NCBI RefSeq assembly: GCF_006345805.1
Contig: NC_043010.1
Coordinates: 4,650,001 to 4,714,000, forward strand
Length of the DNA stretch: 64,000 nt
Source: Octopus sinensis
Lineage: Eukaryota
Reading direction: 5' to 3'
This document shows, piece after piece, positions 1-12,096 of the stretch. Both the position numbers and the translations under genes were made by a program. Each line of letters begins with the position of its first letter. The stretch's first letter is position 1. A model generated the notes under the pieces. That model was not told the origin of the DNA. It did no database searches and saw only the letters and a program-made list of their open reading frames with translations.

Positions 1-1239
1 TAACTTTTAGTCTTTGATTTCTAGACTGTCCTTCCTCAGATTTATTAAATTTTGTGATAAAAATACTGATCAGAGTTTTAAAAGACTTGAACCTGTAACA
101 TTTTGCCTTGATAATAATTAGCAGTGCTGTGACTATTTTCAGCTCTACATAGAAATTTTTAATTTATTTCTGAGATTAACTAATTATGTTTTCACTTTTT
201 TCTTCTGCTAATAACAGCATTTTATCTTTGGCATTCTAATTCTGTTCCAAGAAATATGTAATTTAAAAATCTTTCCACTAACTAGTACAGTAGTACATAG
301 GGTAAAGTAACTATTAATTTGAAGTAGTTTAATTTTTTCACTTTCTGAGCATTTTCCATAAACAAACAGCTTGATTTGGAAGTTTAGCGATCTTAGTTCA
401 TTCTTCAACATTTAACATAAAAATCAAATATAAAGAGGCAGTAAGAATTCCTTTGAATTAGAAAAGGTGAAATAGAATCTTCAAAGAAGATTTGAATAAT
501 TTTCTCTATCACAAGAATAGAAAAGATAACAATAGGTTTGGTTCCTTTTCATTAGGCTTCAGCCAAAAAATAAATATTTAAAAAGAAAGAAAGATGGGGA
601 GGCTTTAAAGAAGGCAGAAGATGGAAGCACATAAATATAAGTTACCATCTGACATTGAATGAAGTGTGACAATTTAATATTTCCAAGATCAAACAAACAG
701 TCTAAGATAATTAGATTCCAACTGCCAAACATTTTTCATATTTAAAGAGAGATTCTAAAACATCAAACTGTTATTACTGAAATCAAAACGGGGAAAACAT
801 GCTACACCTATTTAAAAATCAAAGATAGAAAAACAGTGTGTGTATATGTAAATGTGTCTGTGCGTAGATCCTGAAAATATTTGGAAAAAAAATTCTATTT
901 ATTTCAAGTAACAGAGCTTACTGAATAACTTTTTATTTATTTATTATTTTCTTTATTTTTTTGTAACTAAATTGGATTTATTTTTAAAAATAATCTTGAA
1001 TTTGATCATTTTTTTTACCGTATTTTTTTTTTTTTGTTTTAGGCAATTTTGTAAAAATATTTAAAACATTTTATGAAGATAAATAAGTTGGCTGAATTAC
1101 ACTTATAAAATAAAAAGAAAAGAACACTAAATGTAAAGCTGATAAAGTTTACAATTTATAAGGTTAGCAAATAGCTTCACAATTTTTAAAGAAATATTTT
1201 CCAAAACTTCTGTTGCAGAATACTAAAGAATAATAATAC

Positions 1240-1423
1240 CTGAATGCTGAACGCTGGCAACTGATGAATAAGAATACAAGAGCATTCTTTCAGAAAGACT
1301 TGCTTGATCCGTGCCATACTTGCTTCAGCAGATTGTTTATTTACACCATTTCGGTTCCATCTAACATGCCATTGTATTGTCTGGGTAAATTGAATGCTCA
1401 AAACACTTCCTGCTATTGTGAAT
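1240..1423 (-). CDS. Candidate internal coding exon of an unidentified gene (FTIAGSVLSIQFTQTIQWHVRWNRNGVNKQSAEASMARIKQVFLKECSCILIHQLPAFSIQ)
   Basis: Non-repetitive sequence; one open minus-strand frame of 61 codons bounded by TTGTAG| and |GTATTA; the other two minus frames contain stops. Protein not recognised; acceptor choice uncertain. Confidence 0.3.
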
Positions 1424-1669
1424 CTACAACTGGGAATCTACCAAATGCATTGCTTTAATAATTTATACAGAGGCAAAAATTACCTTTGTCTTTCTATAGA
1501 TTCTATCATTAGTTTGCTTATTATTATTATTATTATTATTATTATTTATTTTTTTTTTTTCTTTTCTGCTAAAGCTATTCACAGTTTTTAACCAAACGCT
1601 GACATCATACAATCTTCATTTCCGCCTTCGTTCTGGTGACAGTTATAACTTTCGAATAACAATGATTAC

Positions 1670-1861
1670 AATGATGATGATGATGATGATGGTAGTGGTG
1701 GTGTGGTGGTGATGATGATGATGATGAGGAGGAGGAGGAGGACAATGATGGTGATGGTGACAGAGATGAGGATGGTAGTAATTACACTAAGGTGGAAGAC
1801 AATTGATTTCTAAAAATAAAATTGCACTTATTGAAACTTGTCATTTTATTACATGTATTTT

Positions 1862-1917
<56 letters not shown>

Positions 1918-2279
1918 TTACTACTACTGCTACTGCTACTGCTGCTGCTGCTGCTGCTGCTACTGTTACTGCTGTTATACTGCTGCTACTACTACTACCG
2001 CTATAGCTGTTGCTGCTGTTGATGGTGGTAGTGATGATGACACTGATAACGAGAATAACAATGATGATGACAATGAGAACGATGCTGTTGCTGCTGCTGC
2101 TGCTGCTGCTACTGCTACCGCTGCCACTTCCACCAATTCCATCACAGCTGCTGCCGACACCAATGCCATCACTTCCACCTGTTCCATCACAACTGCTGCT
2201 GCGGCTTCTGCTGCAGTCCCACTATTGGCCATGATGATGATGATGATGATGATTATGACAACGATGACGATGTTGATGT

Positions 2280-2315
<36 letters not shown>

Positions 2316-2540
2316 CGACGACGATGCTGATGATGATGATGTTGATGACTATGATGATGATGATGATGCCAACGACAATGACAATTATAGCGATGAGGAG
2401 TAGGATAACGAAGATGATGACGATGACAGAGACAATGAAGTTGATGATGATGATGATGATGATGATGATGCAGCCTGTATTACTGTTACTGACATTGTTG
2501 TTTCTCTTTCAAATACTACTGTTGTTGTTGTTACTATTGT
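1670..2540. repeat. Compound trinucleotide microsatellite field (GAT, ACT, GCT, GAC)
   Basis: Directly visible runs; explains the poly-Y/L/M/T ORFs at 1803-2554. Confidence 0.95.
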
Positions 2541-2754
2541 GGTTAACCATTTAGAATTCATATTATTCTCTGAAATCTAATGTTCATTTATTCACATTAT
2601 CTTGAATTTATCATGCATTATCTTGTGATTCCAAGCTTTCAAAAATGTGATTGGTTTTATTTTCAGAATGACATTGTAGGGTAGGTGTGAGAGGACAGAT
2701 CTGGCCAGCTTGATCAAACAAATAGAACATTTGAGCCAGATACAGCTGGTTTAA

Positions 2755-2942
2755 CCCATTAGCATTTAAACTGACCATCCAGTCCAAATATTCTAATTGT
2801 TTTACATTCAAACTGGCCAGGCCTGGCCTCTCACACCTACCCTATGTCAAAATCTCAAAGCCACAAGATAATACAGGATTAATTTGAAACAATATGAATA
2901 AATAAGCATTATATTTGGCAAAATAATCTGAATGCAAAAGGT
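2755..2942. mobile_element. piggyBac-like MITE family 1
   Basis: TTAA-CCCATTAGCATT ... AATGCAAAAGGT-TTAA termini; same family at 17014 and 29406; a partial opposite-orientation copy lies immediately upstream (~2590-2750). Confidence 0.7.
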
Positions 2943-3009
2943 TTAAATGCTTAAAGACTAAAGTAAATAAAGCAAATGGATCTGTCAGCTTCAATAAGGG
3001 ATACTCTCT

Positions 3010-3221
3010 CTCTTTACTCTTTTACTTGTTTCAGTCATTTTGACTGCGGCCATGCTGGAGCACCGCCTTTAGTCGAGCAAATCGACCCCGGGACTTATTC
3101 TTTGTAAGCCTAGTACTTATTCTATCGGTCTCTTTTGCCGAACCGCTAAGTTACGGGGACGTAAACACACCAGCATCGGTTGTCAAGCAATGCTAGGGGG
3201 ACAAACACAGACACACAAACC
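3010..3221 (-). mobile_element. SINE family A, 3' half
   Basis: Near-identical to the 3' halves of full copies at 13150, 43535 and 56630; truncated at the adjacent MITE. Confidence 0.85.
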
Positions 3222-3227
3222 CTTTAA

Positions 3228-3449
3228 CCCTTTCATTACTGTATTTATTTTGAGATGCTCAGTGTTTCTTTCAATTAATTTTAAATATAACAAAGAATTT
3301 AGTAAAAGAACTTAGTTATCATTAAGCCAGTGTTAGGAACATAAATTGTGACTAAGGTTTGGTGGAAGATTTTAATTAAAACCTTATGAAAACAAGACAT
3401 TTGTACTACAGAGCCAGAAGTGGCTTCAGCCGGGTTGGTATCAAAAGGG
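3228..3449. mobile_element. piggyBac-like MITE family 2
   Basis: TTAA (3224-3227) CCCTTT ... AAAGGG TTAA (3450-3453): TIR plus TTAA target duplication. Confidence 0.8.
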
Positions 3450-4067
3450 TTAAGGAGAGTGGAACTACCTTTTAGCATTTATTGTTCTTGAAATTGAAGC
3501 TCCAGTTGTGGTCGCAGTTATGAATTAAGTTACATATTAGTGCTTGCCTATGAAGAGTGGATCTGGTAAAATCTGTGGAAGAAATGTTCATGGTTCAACA
3601 GAGGGAAGATGGTTGCAGCAATGCTTTGTGAAGTGCAGAGAATGAGATGAAGCAAGGAAAACATCTTGGTCATCCACTGCACCCATCTCCAAACCCAATC
3701 ATCTTGACCTGGTTTTCCCACTCGATTGAAGATGGCCTATGGACATGAAAGTTAGATTGACAGGGCACTGCTCTTCTTTACTTTAAACAAAGTAAACATG
3801 CAAATAATTAGTCATCTTTAAGGATGGCTAAATGGTCCTCATCGCTTCCATGGACAAGCATGGATAGTACAACTGCCATTATACTGCCTCCTCCTCTTCC
3901 TTCTATTCCTCCTCTTCCTATCCTCCTCATTCGCCTCCTTCTAATTATCATCATCACCAGCACTACCCTCCTCCTACCTTTTCTACTATTAGTATCACCC
4001 TTACAAATATTACAGTTACATGTATTTGTTCCTTTTGGGAGATGGTAGTGGTGGTGAATGAGTTTGC

Positions 4068-4495
4068 TCTTTTACTTGTTTCAGTCATTTGACTGTGGCC
4101 ATGCTGGAGCAACACCTTTAGTCGAGCAAATCGACCCCCGGACTTATTCTTTGTAAGCCTAGTACTTATTCTATCGGGATCTTTTGCCGAACTGCTAAGT
4201 TACGGGGATAAACACATCAGCATCGGTTATCAAGCAATGGTGGGGGGACAAACACAGACACACAAACATATATATATATATATATATACATATATATGAT
4301 GGGCTTCTTTCAGTTTCCATCTACCAAATCCACTCACAAGGCTTTGGTCGGCCTGGGGCTATAGTAGAAGACACTAGCTCAGGGTGCCACACAGTGGGAC
4401 TGAACCTGGAACCATGTGGTTGGTAAGCAAGCTACTTACCACACAGCCACTCCTGCGCATATGGCTACTTACCACACAGCTACTCCTATGCCTAG
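4068..4495 (-). mobile_element. SINE family A (tRNA-derived head, central TA/TG microsatellite), with duplicated head segment
   Basis: Minus-strand head GGAGTGGCTGTGTGGTAAG...GGTTCAGTCCC (A/B-box-like); ~30-nt head fragment repeated at 4465-4495. Confidence 0.85.
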
Positions 4496-5819
4496 TTTGA
4501 GGACGAATTGTTTGCTTTTTCTAGCTAGTCAAGCAACTATATAAAGGCTCTCATCATAGTTCATGAGGTTTACTAGCATTCAAGCTCAACAGGAACATAA
4601 AAGTATATGAGCCATTGAAAGACTGCCTACATGGGTGAGTGCCTCATAAGAAATAGCAGCCAAATTCCCCTTAAACTACACCATCTGTGAAGATGGTGCA
4701 TTTGATAATATAATCTGGTGTACATTTTTTCCTAGAAAAAAAAGAACTGGTTACAGCTTGTAAATGTGTGACCATTGGTCTAACCTGAGGCTAAAGAAAA
4801 GAAAGAAAAAAAAAGGAAAGCCAATTGGGGAAACATGAATGAATGAGGGATCCTCTGCATGGTCACTGAACTTGCTAGAAATAGCTGCTGAATCTCCTTT
4901 AAATTGCACCCACTGTTTTATAAAGTGGCTCATGGGATAATGTAATCAGGAGCAAACTAGTCCTGAAAATACATTGGTATGGTCATGGCTGGAACGTCTT
5001 TGATCATAGGTCTGTTCAATCAGGGCTGAATTGGGCCTAAACAATAACAGCAACACAAGTCATCAAGAGAGCCTCACATGGTCACTTGATCAGCTGAAAA
5101 TAGCAGCTGGCAACCAAATCTCTCTCAAACTGTCTTAAAGTGGTCACATTAGATAATGTTGTCCAGGGTATACTAATCCTGAAAAAAAAAAAGAAAAAGA
5201 AAGGGATCAGTGCTGATTTTAGATTTAGCAGGGTCTTAAGCTATATAATGCTTTGCAGGCCCCTTGTTTAAAGAATTACAATAGAAAGTCTTATAAAAAT
5301 TGAAAACATATAAGCATTTTAATTATTCTGAGGCCTCTGCAAATTGAAAGGCTCGAAACCAGTGGTTCTCACCTGGGGTCCATGTGAGCCTTTGGGGGCC
5401 CATGTAAGATTTTGTTGTTAAAATTTATGTGCAAATAAATAGGTTTTACTTCTACAATATACAAAACATTTTAACAATTTTTTTAATACAATTCCTATTA
5501 ATATTTAATCATGCTGTACTGAAAGATCACCAACGTTAGGGTGACAAGAACAACTTTGTTGCTTTGTGTCTCACCTTCTTTCCTCATTATTTCTGTCACT
5601 ATCATGTACACTGTTGTTAAAATCATGCAATAATTTCTGATCAGCTCTCTCTTATTATCTACTTTCATCTCCATTAGCAACATTCGACTGGATGAGGATG
5701 ATATTAATAATAATAGCCTGTAGAGGTACATAATACATAGTTGGGTGTATTCCTTGTAGCATGTATTGTGATAGCTCTGTTATCTACAAGAGGCTGTATG
5801 CATGCACAAGTTAAATATT

Positions 5820-6017
5820 TATATAGATCTATGTATGTGTGTATATGTGTGTGTGTATGTATATATATATATATGTATATGTATGTATATGTATACATGT
5901 AGATATATATGAGTAAATATAATTCTGTATGTGTGTGTGTATGAATATATGTTTGTTTGTGTATTTATGTGTGTGCATATGTGCGTGTGTCTGCATATGT
6001 ATATATATATATGTATA

Positions 6018-6082
<65 letters not shown>

Positions 6083-6100
6083 GTATGTATATATATATAT
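5820..6100. repeat. (TA)n/(TG)n microsatellite field; further (TA)n tracts at 6308-6440, 6846-6937, 7215-7368 and 7519-7626
   Basis: Directly visible. Confidence 0.95.
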
Positions 6101-6201
6101 AAAGTTAATCCAAACAAGAAAGCACAAAAAAACACAACAACGCGAGGACGTGGAACAAATATAGTATTATTGGACGCTCAGGAAAGAAGGAAAGAAGGAG
6201 G

Positions 6202-6236
6202 GCTTAACGTTTCGAGTGGAGCTCTTCATCGGAAAC
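6202..6236 (-). ncRNA. Degenerate PLE-type minimal hammerhead ribozyme motif
   Basis: Minus strand GTTT-CCGATGA-A-GAGctccaCTC-GAAA-CG-T-T-AAGC: stem II, GAAA and palindromic AACGTT stem III present; core has U4->C. Confidence 0.5.
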
Positions 6237-6304
6237 ATAGGAGAAGGAAAGATCCAGAGAAGGGAAAACAGAGGAAAAAAATCACCAAGAGTACACATGC
6301 GGTC

Positions 6305-6352
<48 letters not shown>

Positions 6353-6353
6353 C

Positions 6354-6417
<64 letters not shown>

Positions 6418-6862
6418 TATATACATATGTATGTAAACACACATACACACACACGTATATATACTTGAAATTTACAGAAAAACAAAAGACAAAGACAGGT
6501 GTATTAACAACAAACTGGTGTATTAGTTTGATACTCTGGAAAGTGAGAAATATATTCAAATATATGTGTATTTACATATATATATGTGAGTGCATGGGTG
6601 TGTAAGTCTATGTGTGTATATGTGTGTTATCCAGCAGACCACATGGTGCCTTTAACTTACCATTTGTTAAACTGCTAGCCTCTTCAAATATACTTTCTGA
6701 CCTTAATAAAACAGAACCTCAATTCTGCCCATGCAATATAACAGTTGGACTCCTTCAGTATGTGTCACTGTCAGCATTTCATTTATTATACACACTCTAT
6801 AGATTTGACAATGCAACCTGTTTGCAAGGTATATTGTGCCTCCACTATATATATATATAGAT

Positions 6863-6940
<78 letters not shown>

Positions 6941-7032
6941 CAACAATTGAGGGTAAAATTAATTAATTAATCAATTTCACCAAGTATTCAGCATGCAAAG
7001 GGACCATTTAAGGCGAATTCAAATTATTACAT

Positions 7033-7220
7033 TATATAAAAGGGCTTAGTAAAATAAATTACTTTGCCGCATACTGAACTCATTAGAAATAGCAGCTAAA
7101 AAAACTTTTTTAAAACTATTTCTAATACTTAAAGAAAACCTCTCTCATATAGTATAGCTGCTATTTCTAATGAGTTCAGTATGCGGCAAAGTAATTTATT
7201 TTACTAAGCCCTTTTATATA
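7033..7220. repeat. Perfect 66-bp inverted repeat (7033-7098 / 7155-7220) with 56-nt spacer
   Basis: Arms read by eye as exact reverse complements. Confidence 0.9.
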
Positions 7221-7222
7221 TA

Positions 7223-7279
<57 letters not shown>

Positions 7280-7300
7280 CAAGTACTCACCCCGAATTTC

Positions 7301-7355
<55 letters not shown>

Positions 7356-7456
7356 TATATATATATACAATTATAAAATTGCAGCGTGGAAGGTGTTTAT
7401 AAGCCATTTAAGAAACACACAAAAGCCGTTCGATTCACTTCAACATTTAAGTTTAA

Positions 7457-7506
7457 TTTGTCAAAATATTTTCGTCGCTAAAATCCACGACCTGTTCACT
7501 GACAAA
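7457..7506 (-). ncRNA. Type I minimal hammerhead ribozyme fold with G3:C8 core variant
   Basis: Minus strand TTTGTCA-GTGAACA-G-GTCG(tggattttag)CGAC-GAAA-ATAT-T-T-TGACAAA: 7-bp stem I, 4-bp stem II, palindromic AATATT stem III, UUU triplet. Confidence 0.65.
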
Positions 7507-7545
7507 AATCCGTGCTGCATATATATATATATATATATATATCTA

Positions 7546-7627
<82 letters not shown>

Positions 7628-8219
7628 CTTAAGAAAGCAGGTCCTTACTTTCAACTATGAGAACAGTTGTTTCATAAGACTAGAGGCAGTGAGGTATGTT
7701 GACACCAAATAAGTTAACGTCTCTTATTTCTGAAATCTCTAAAGGTTGTTTTTGAGTAATGATGGTATCTACAGGAATGTATTGCACATAACTCTAGATA
7801 TTAGATATCAAAAACTGAAAATTTAAGTAAATTTGGTAACATTTCAATCGAATTATCATCACTATTATTATTATTATATTAGTTTGTTTTTTTTATATAA
7901 GATTTTGTCTCAAAGAAAGCCTGTGGCTACCATAATGTAATGGACTACAAAGAACAAACAGGGGCCTACAAATTGAATCTATGACATACAGCTAAAGGAC
8001 TGTATATCGTGGATTAGAAGAAAAAAGATAAGATGATGATAGTGAGTTCTAGAGAGCAGCAGTTGGGAGAAAGAAGCTATAAGAATAAAGGGACCTATAA
8101 AAAACTGGAAGCTTGACAGAGAAACGGTCTACCAAAGAAGGGAAATGGATGACATGCATAAAAGTCTTGGCTGAGGGTACTAGACTAGAAAGTTCATCAG
8201 AGCAATGACTATGGAAATC

Positions 8220-8570
8220 ATCATCATCATCATTATCATCATCGTTTAACGTCCGTTTTCCATGCTACCATGGGTTGGACGGTGCAACTGGGATCTGGGA
8301 AGCCAGGGGCTGCATCAGGCTCCAGTCTGATCTGGCAGAGTTTCTACAGCTGGATGCCCTTCCTAACACCAACCACTCCGCGAGTGTAGTGGGTGCTTTT
8401 TACGTGCCACCTGCACAGGTGCCAGGGGGTCCGGCATCGGCCACGATCGGTTGGAGCTTTTAATGTGCCACTGGCACGGGAGCCAGCCAAGGCAATGCTG
8501 GCAACGGCCATGTTCGGATGGTGCTTTTTATGTGCCACCGGCACAGAAGCCAGTTGGGGCGGGGCTGGCA
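8220..8570 (-). mobile_element. SINE-like family C (RTE-type 3' tail ending in (GAT)n, internal ~50-bp tandem units)
   Basis: Shares the GGCGTTAGGAAGGGCATCCAGCTGTAGAAAC...GGACGTTAAACGATGATGAT tail with about nine other copies in the window. Confidence 0.8.
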
Positions 8571-9498
8571 TATTTATGGAAAAGACACACGAGATGGAGT
8601 TTAGGGTTAGGGTTACTTACATGGATATTCTCACTGTAAGATAGGTTGTTTATTTGTTATTTCATTACTGCAGTTGGATTTTGTAGTGATTATATGTCTA
8701 AATCGAGTTTACAATATATTAACTTTGATGATCAGACAAACAGCCAAATTTTGCAGCACTAATTGCAGGTTTATTCAATAAACAGTTTCAGAAGTTAGAA
8801 TAAAGTAATTTTATTTGTAAAACTTATTTTATTGTTTATTATAATTGAAGCGAAGAGAAGCAGTTTCAAATTATTTTTAACTGCAATTTAGTCAGTGAAT
8901 TGTTTTGAATTGAGAACCAATTACTCGAAAATTATGCTTAATTTAAATGTTGCATCTTTAAACTTGCAAAGCTGCTCTTGGAACCATGTGTTGAAGAGAC
9001 ATTTCAATTGCTATTTAAATTACAAAATATGCTGTGAAATAGGTTGAAATTAATTTCTTCAAATGTTTATCATTTTATCATGTTATTCTTAGATTAATAA
9101 GTATTATTATAGAGATTCATAACACGATGATAAATTTACTATTCAATTTGTCCATGTGTGTGTATGTGCATGCATGCATATATGTTTGCATGTGCATGCA
9201 TGTGTATGTATCTGTGTGAGTGTGTGTGCACAAGTACATATGCAAAGAAGAGAAAGACAAAAGGAGACTATATGAGGAATTAAGGAGTTAATTAAAATGT
9301 ACTATGATTTCATATAATAATATAATAATCGGAGAGTATAGAATTGTTCAGAGAATAACTTATTCTTATTTGACATCCACATAAAAATAAGTCGAGTAAC
9401 TGTTAACATATGTGTAAATCAAGGAGTAACATAAAGCGAAATACCATAAAGTTATAGAATAAGGATATATATATATATACATACACATATAGAAATAT

Positions 9499-9547
<49 letters not shown>

Positions 9548-9880
9548 TAAGCATACATACATATATATACACACATATATATAGATACACACACACATAC
9601 ATGCATACACACGCACGCTGATTTGGAAAACAACAGCATTGAATTTAGGAATAAATCAAATTTAAATTACAAGAACTTGCGACTATAGTAGAAAACTCTT
9701 GCATGAGGTGCCATGCTGTGGTATTGAAACCAGAAACATGTGGTTGCAAAACAAACTAATTAACCTCATATCATGCCTGGAACTCTTTGTTTAATATTTT
9801 TCCTGTGTGCACCACCAACTCAGCCAACTCTTCCCTAAAGAGGATTAGTGGTGGGTGGTTTCAGGATTTCTTCGCACACG

Positions 9881-10115
9881 TTAACTGCTTGGTTGGTTTC
9901 TGTTGGTTGACAAGTCCAAAGGGATGTCTAAGAAGTCTATTTTGCATAAATGTGTTGTTATGGAAATGTTTAGATCAAATTCTCTGAATACCTGAATTGC
10001 ATTTTTAATTTATTGATTAGAAGTTTATTTCTTCTCTGCATACCCATGTGTTTAGTATCAAGCTTATTCTTCAATGTTGCAAGAATTTTGAAACCTTCTA
10101 ATGAAAACATTCTCT
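9881..10115 (-). pseudogene. Penelope-like element reverse transcriptase relic
   Basis: Minus translation GFKILATLKNKLDTKHMG ... KNAIQVFREFDLNISITTHLCKIDFLDIPLDLSTN resembles the PLE RT segments flanking the RDDG motif (…IFK..GL.I.I..N...VDFLDV.F.L); the catalytic stretch itself appears deleted. Confidence 0.6.
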
Positions 10116-10284
10116 GCTCCATCTAAACTACCAATGCTAAAACTGAACAGTTCAACTATAGATGGAGACTATATAGTCACATGTTTAGCTTGAGATAGCA
10201 ACCAAATCTCTCCCATAAATTGCACCTTATCCTGCGAAATGTAAAGATACATTTATTAATATAGTCATAGGCTGAGGCAGTGAG

Positions 10285-10475
10285 CAGGCAAATTCGTTAG
10301 GATATTGGGCAAAATGCTAAGCGGTCTTTATGTTCTGAGTTCAATTTCTGCCAAGGTTGATTTTACTTTACATCCTTTTGGGGCCAATAAAATAAGTATC
10401 AGTTAATCACAGTGTTGATTTAATCGACTTGACCCTTCCCCCAAAACTGCTGACCTAGTGCCAAAATTTGAAACC
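10285..10475 (+). mobile_element. SINE family B, diverged
   Basis: GTTCTGAGTTCAA...CATCCTTTTGGGG..AATAAAATAAGTA core shared with young copies at 37591, 51875 and 58950. Confidence 0.75.
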
Positions 10476-10890
10476 CGTGTGTTCATAGACATTTATTGAA
10501 AAAGTGATGTTGCTCCAGGATGAAGCATCTTTGGTTAAAGGTTTACATCCATTTGGGTGTAAAGAACAAACAATGTAATCAGAAGTACTCTGAATAAAAA
10601 CGAATTCTTTCATGTATCATGTGACCCCAAGGGCATTTCTGTTTGTGGGAGCAAGCCCAAGTTTAGATTCTTTCAATAGCAAAGGAAAAAATGATTCATA
10701 TCATGCCATATAAAACCGAGTACCAAGTTGCTTTTATAGCTTGTAAATCATTTTATTGCAGCTGTACTATTCACTCAATGGTACAAGCTCATACAATTTC
10801 TAACTTTACTATTCAAACCAATGAAAATATCGTTTTTGGATTTGGTTTGCAAGATACTTTATATGAGCTCGTGTATTGAAGCATATTCTA

Positions 10891-11101
10891 TTGTGTCTGG
10901 GGAGAGTCATTTTCTTTTTGTGCCTTATTATTTAACACACTCACTGGTAAAATTTCTACTTTTGAGAGTCAAAACTATTGAAAAGGTTGCAAGACGCAAC
11001 AAAAATTTTAGGACAATAAAAATAAGAAAAAAGTGGAAATTTTACCAGTGAGTGTATTAAATAATAAGGCACAAAAAGAAAATGACTCTCCCCAGACACA
11101 A
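10891..11101. mobile_element. Foldback MITE with 73-bp TIRs
   Basis: Arms 10891-10963 and 11029-11101 are reverse complements with two mismatches. Confidence 0.8.
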
Positions 11102-12057
11102 CACAATGAAGATTTTTTTTTGATAATTAAGTCTGTTTCACCATTTTTTGTAATATTTATGAGCCTTGGTTTAAATTCATCTAGTGTATCAATATGCATT
11201 TTCATGAATCAAAATCTTGCTTAGATGAATCGAAATTGTATTGTCTTGATTCACATTTGTCCATCCATCCATCCATCCATCCATCCATCCATCCATCCAT
11301 CCATCTTTGTGTGTGGGTGTTTTTATTTGTGAATTAACCTGTGTATATTGGTGTTATTGTATGTAAGTAGGGTGTCAGAATAAGTATTCCTGTCTTTACT
11401 AGTATGTAGAAGTGTAACTTTATTTCTTTTCCTGTGATTTGAAAGAAATTTTGGATGCTATTTTTATCAGGTCAAACAACCATGTAGAAATTTCTTGCTG
11501 ACTTATAGTAGATAGATAGATACATAAACATACATATATGAATATGTAAGCACACGCACAAAAAGTTGTATGGTATGATTTGAATTAAGTTTGGTTTCTA
11601 TTGGTCTAAAGTGTCTGTTGCTGTAGCAAAAAATACAACAATGATTGCAGTATAATTTAGTGAAAGGTTATACTCATGCAAGCAGTAAATGGTAGCAAGT
11701 GACTTGTTAGGTTAAAAGAAATTTTGTGATTCATACATTGAGCAATGTTATTTAAACAATTTTTTAAAGTAAATTTAAGGAAAGAATTGTGTTGGACTGA
11801 GTTTTTTCTTGATTCAGCTCATATTTTAATACATATGAGGTACTCACATTATATGACCAGAGGCATTTAAATATCTAGTTGGTTGGAATATCTAGATAGT
11901 TGGTTGGAAAAACTCTGTACCCAGAACATACCATTCCATACATTTTATGAAGGAAAAAAGTTTATATATAGATAATAGAATAGATAGATGTTAATCATCA
12001 CAGTAATGAGTTGCTCTTAGATGAATGCTTTAAATCATGAAGTGAATAGAGACAAAG

Positions 12058-12096
<39 letters not shown>

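Noticed and set aside
1261-1300. CTGATGA...AAGAAT/ATTCTT...GAAA hammerhead-like string
   Set aside because: Stem II is not flush with the core or GAAA, and no stem I/III can be formed.
5325-5362. GAGGCCT...AGGCTC-GAAAC hammerhead-like remnant
   Set aside because: Core incomplete and 3' side cut by a hAT-like MITE end (CAGTGGTTCTC); cannot be supported.
5704-6605. YI/HT/CV dipeptide-repeat ORFs here and at 45800-46126, 61366-62174 and elsewhere
   Set aside because: Translations of (TA)n, (CA)n and (CATA)n.
8600-8614. TTAGGG repeats
   Set aside because: Only two units; expected by chance.
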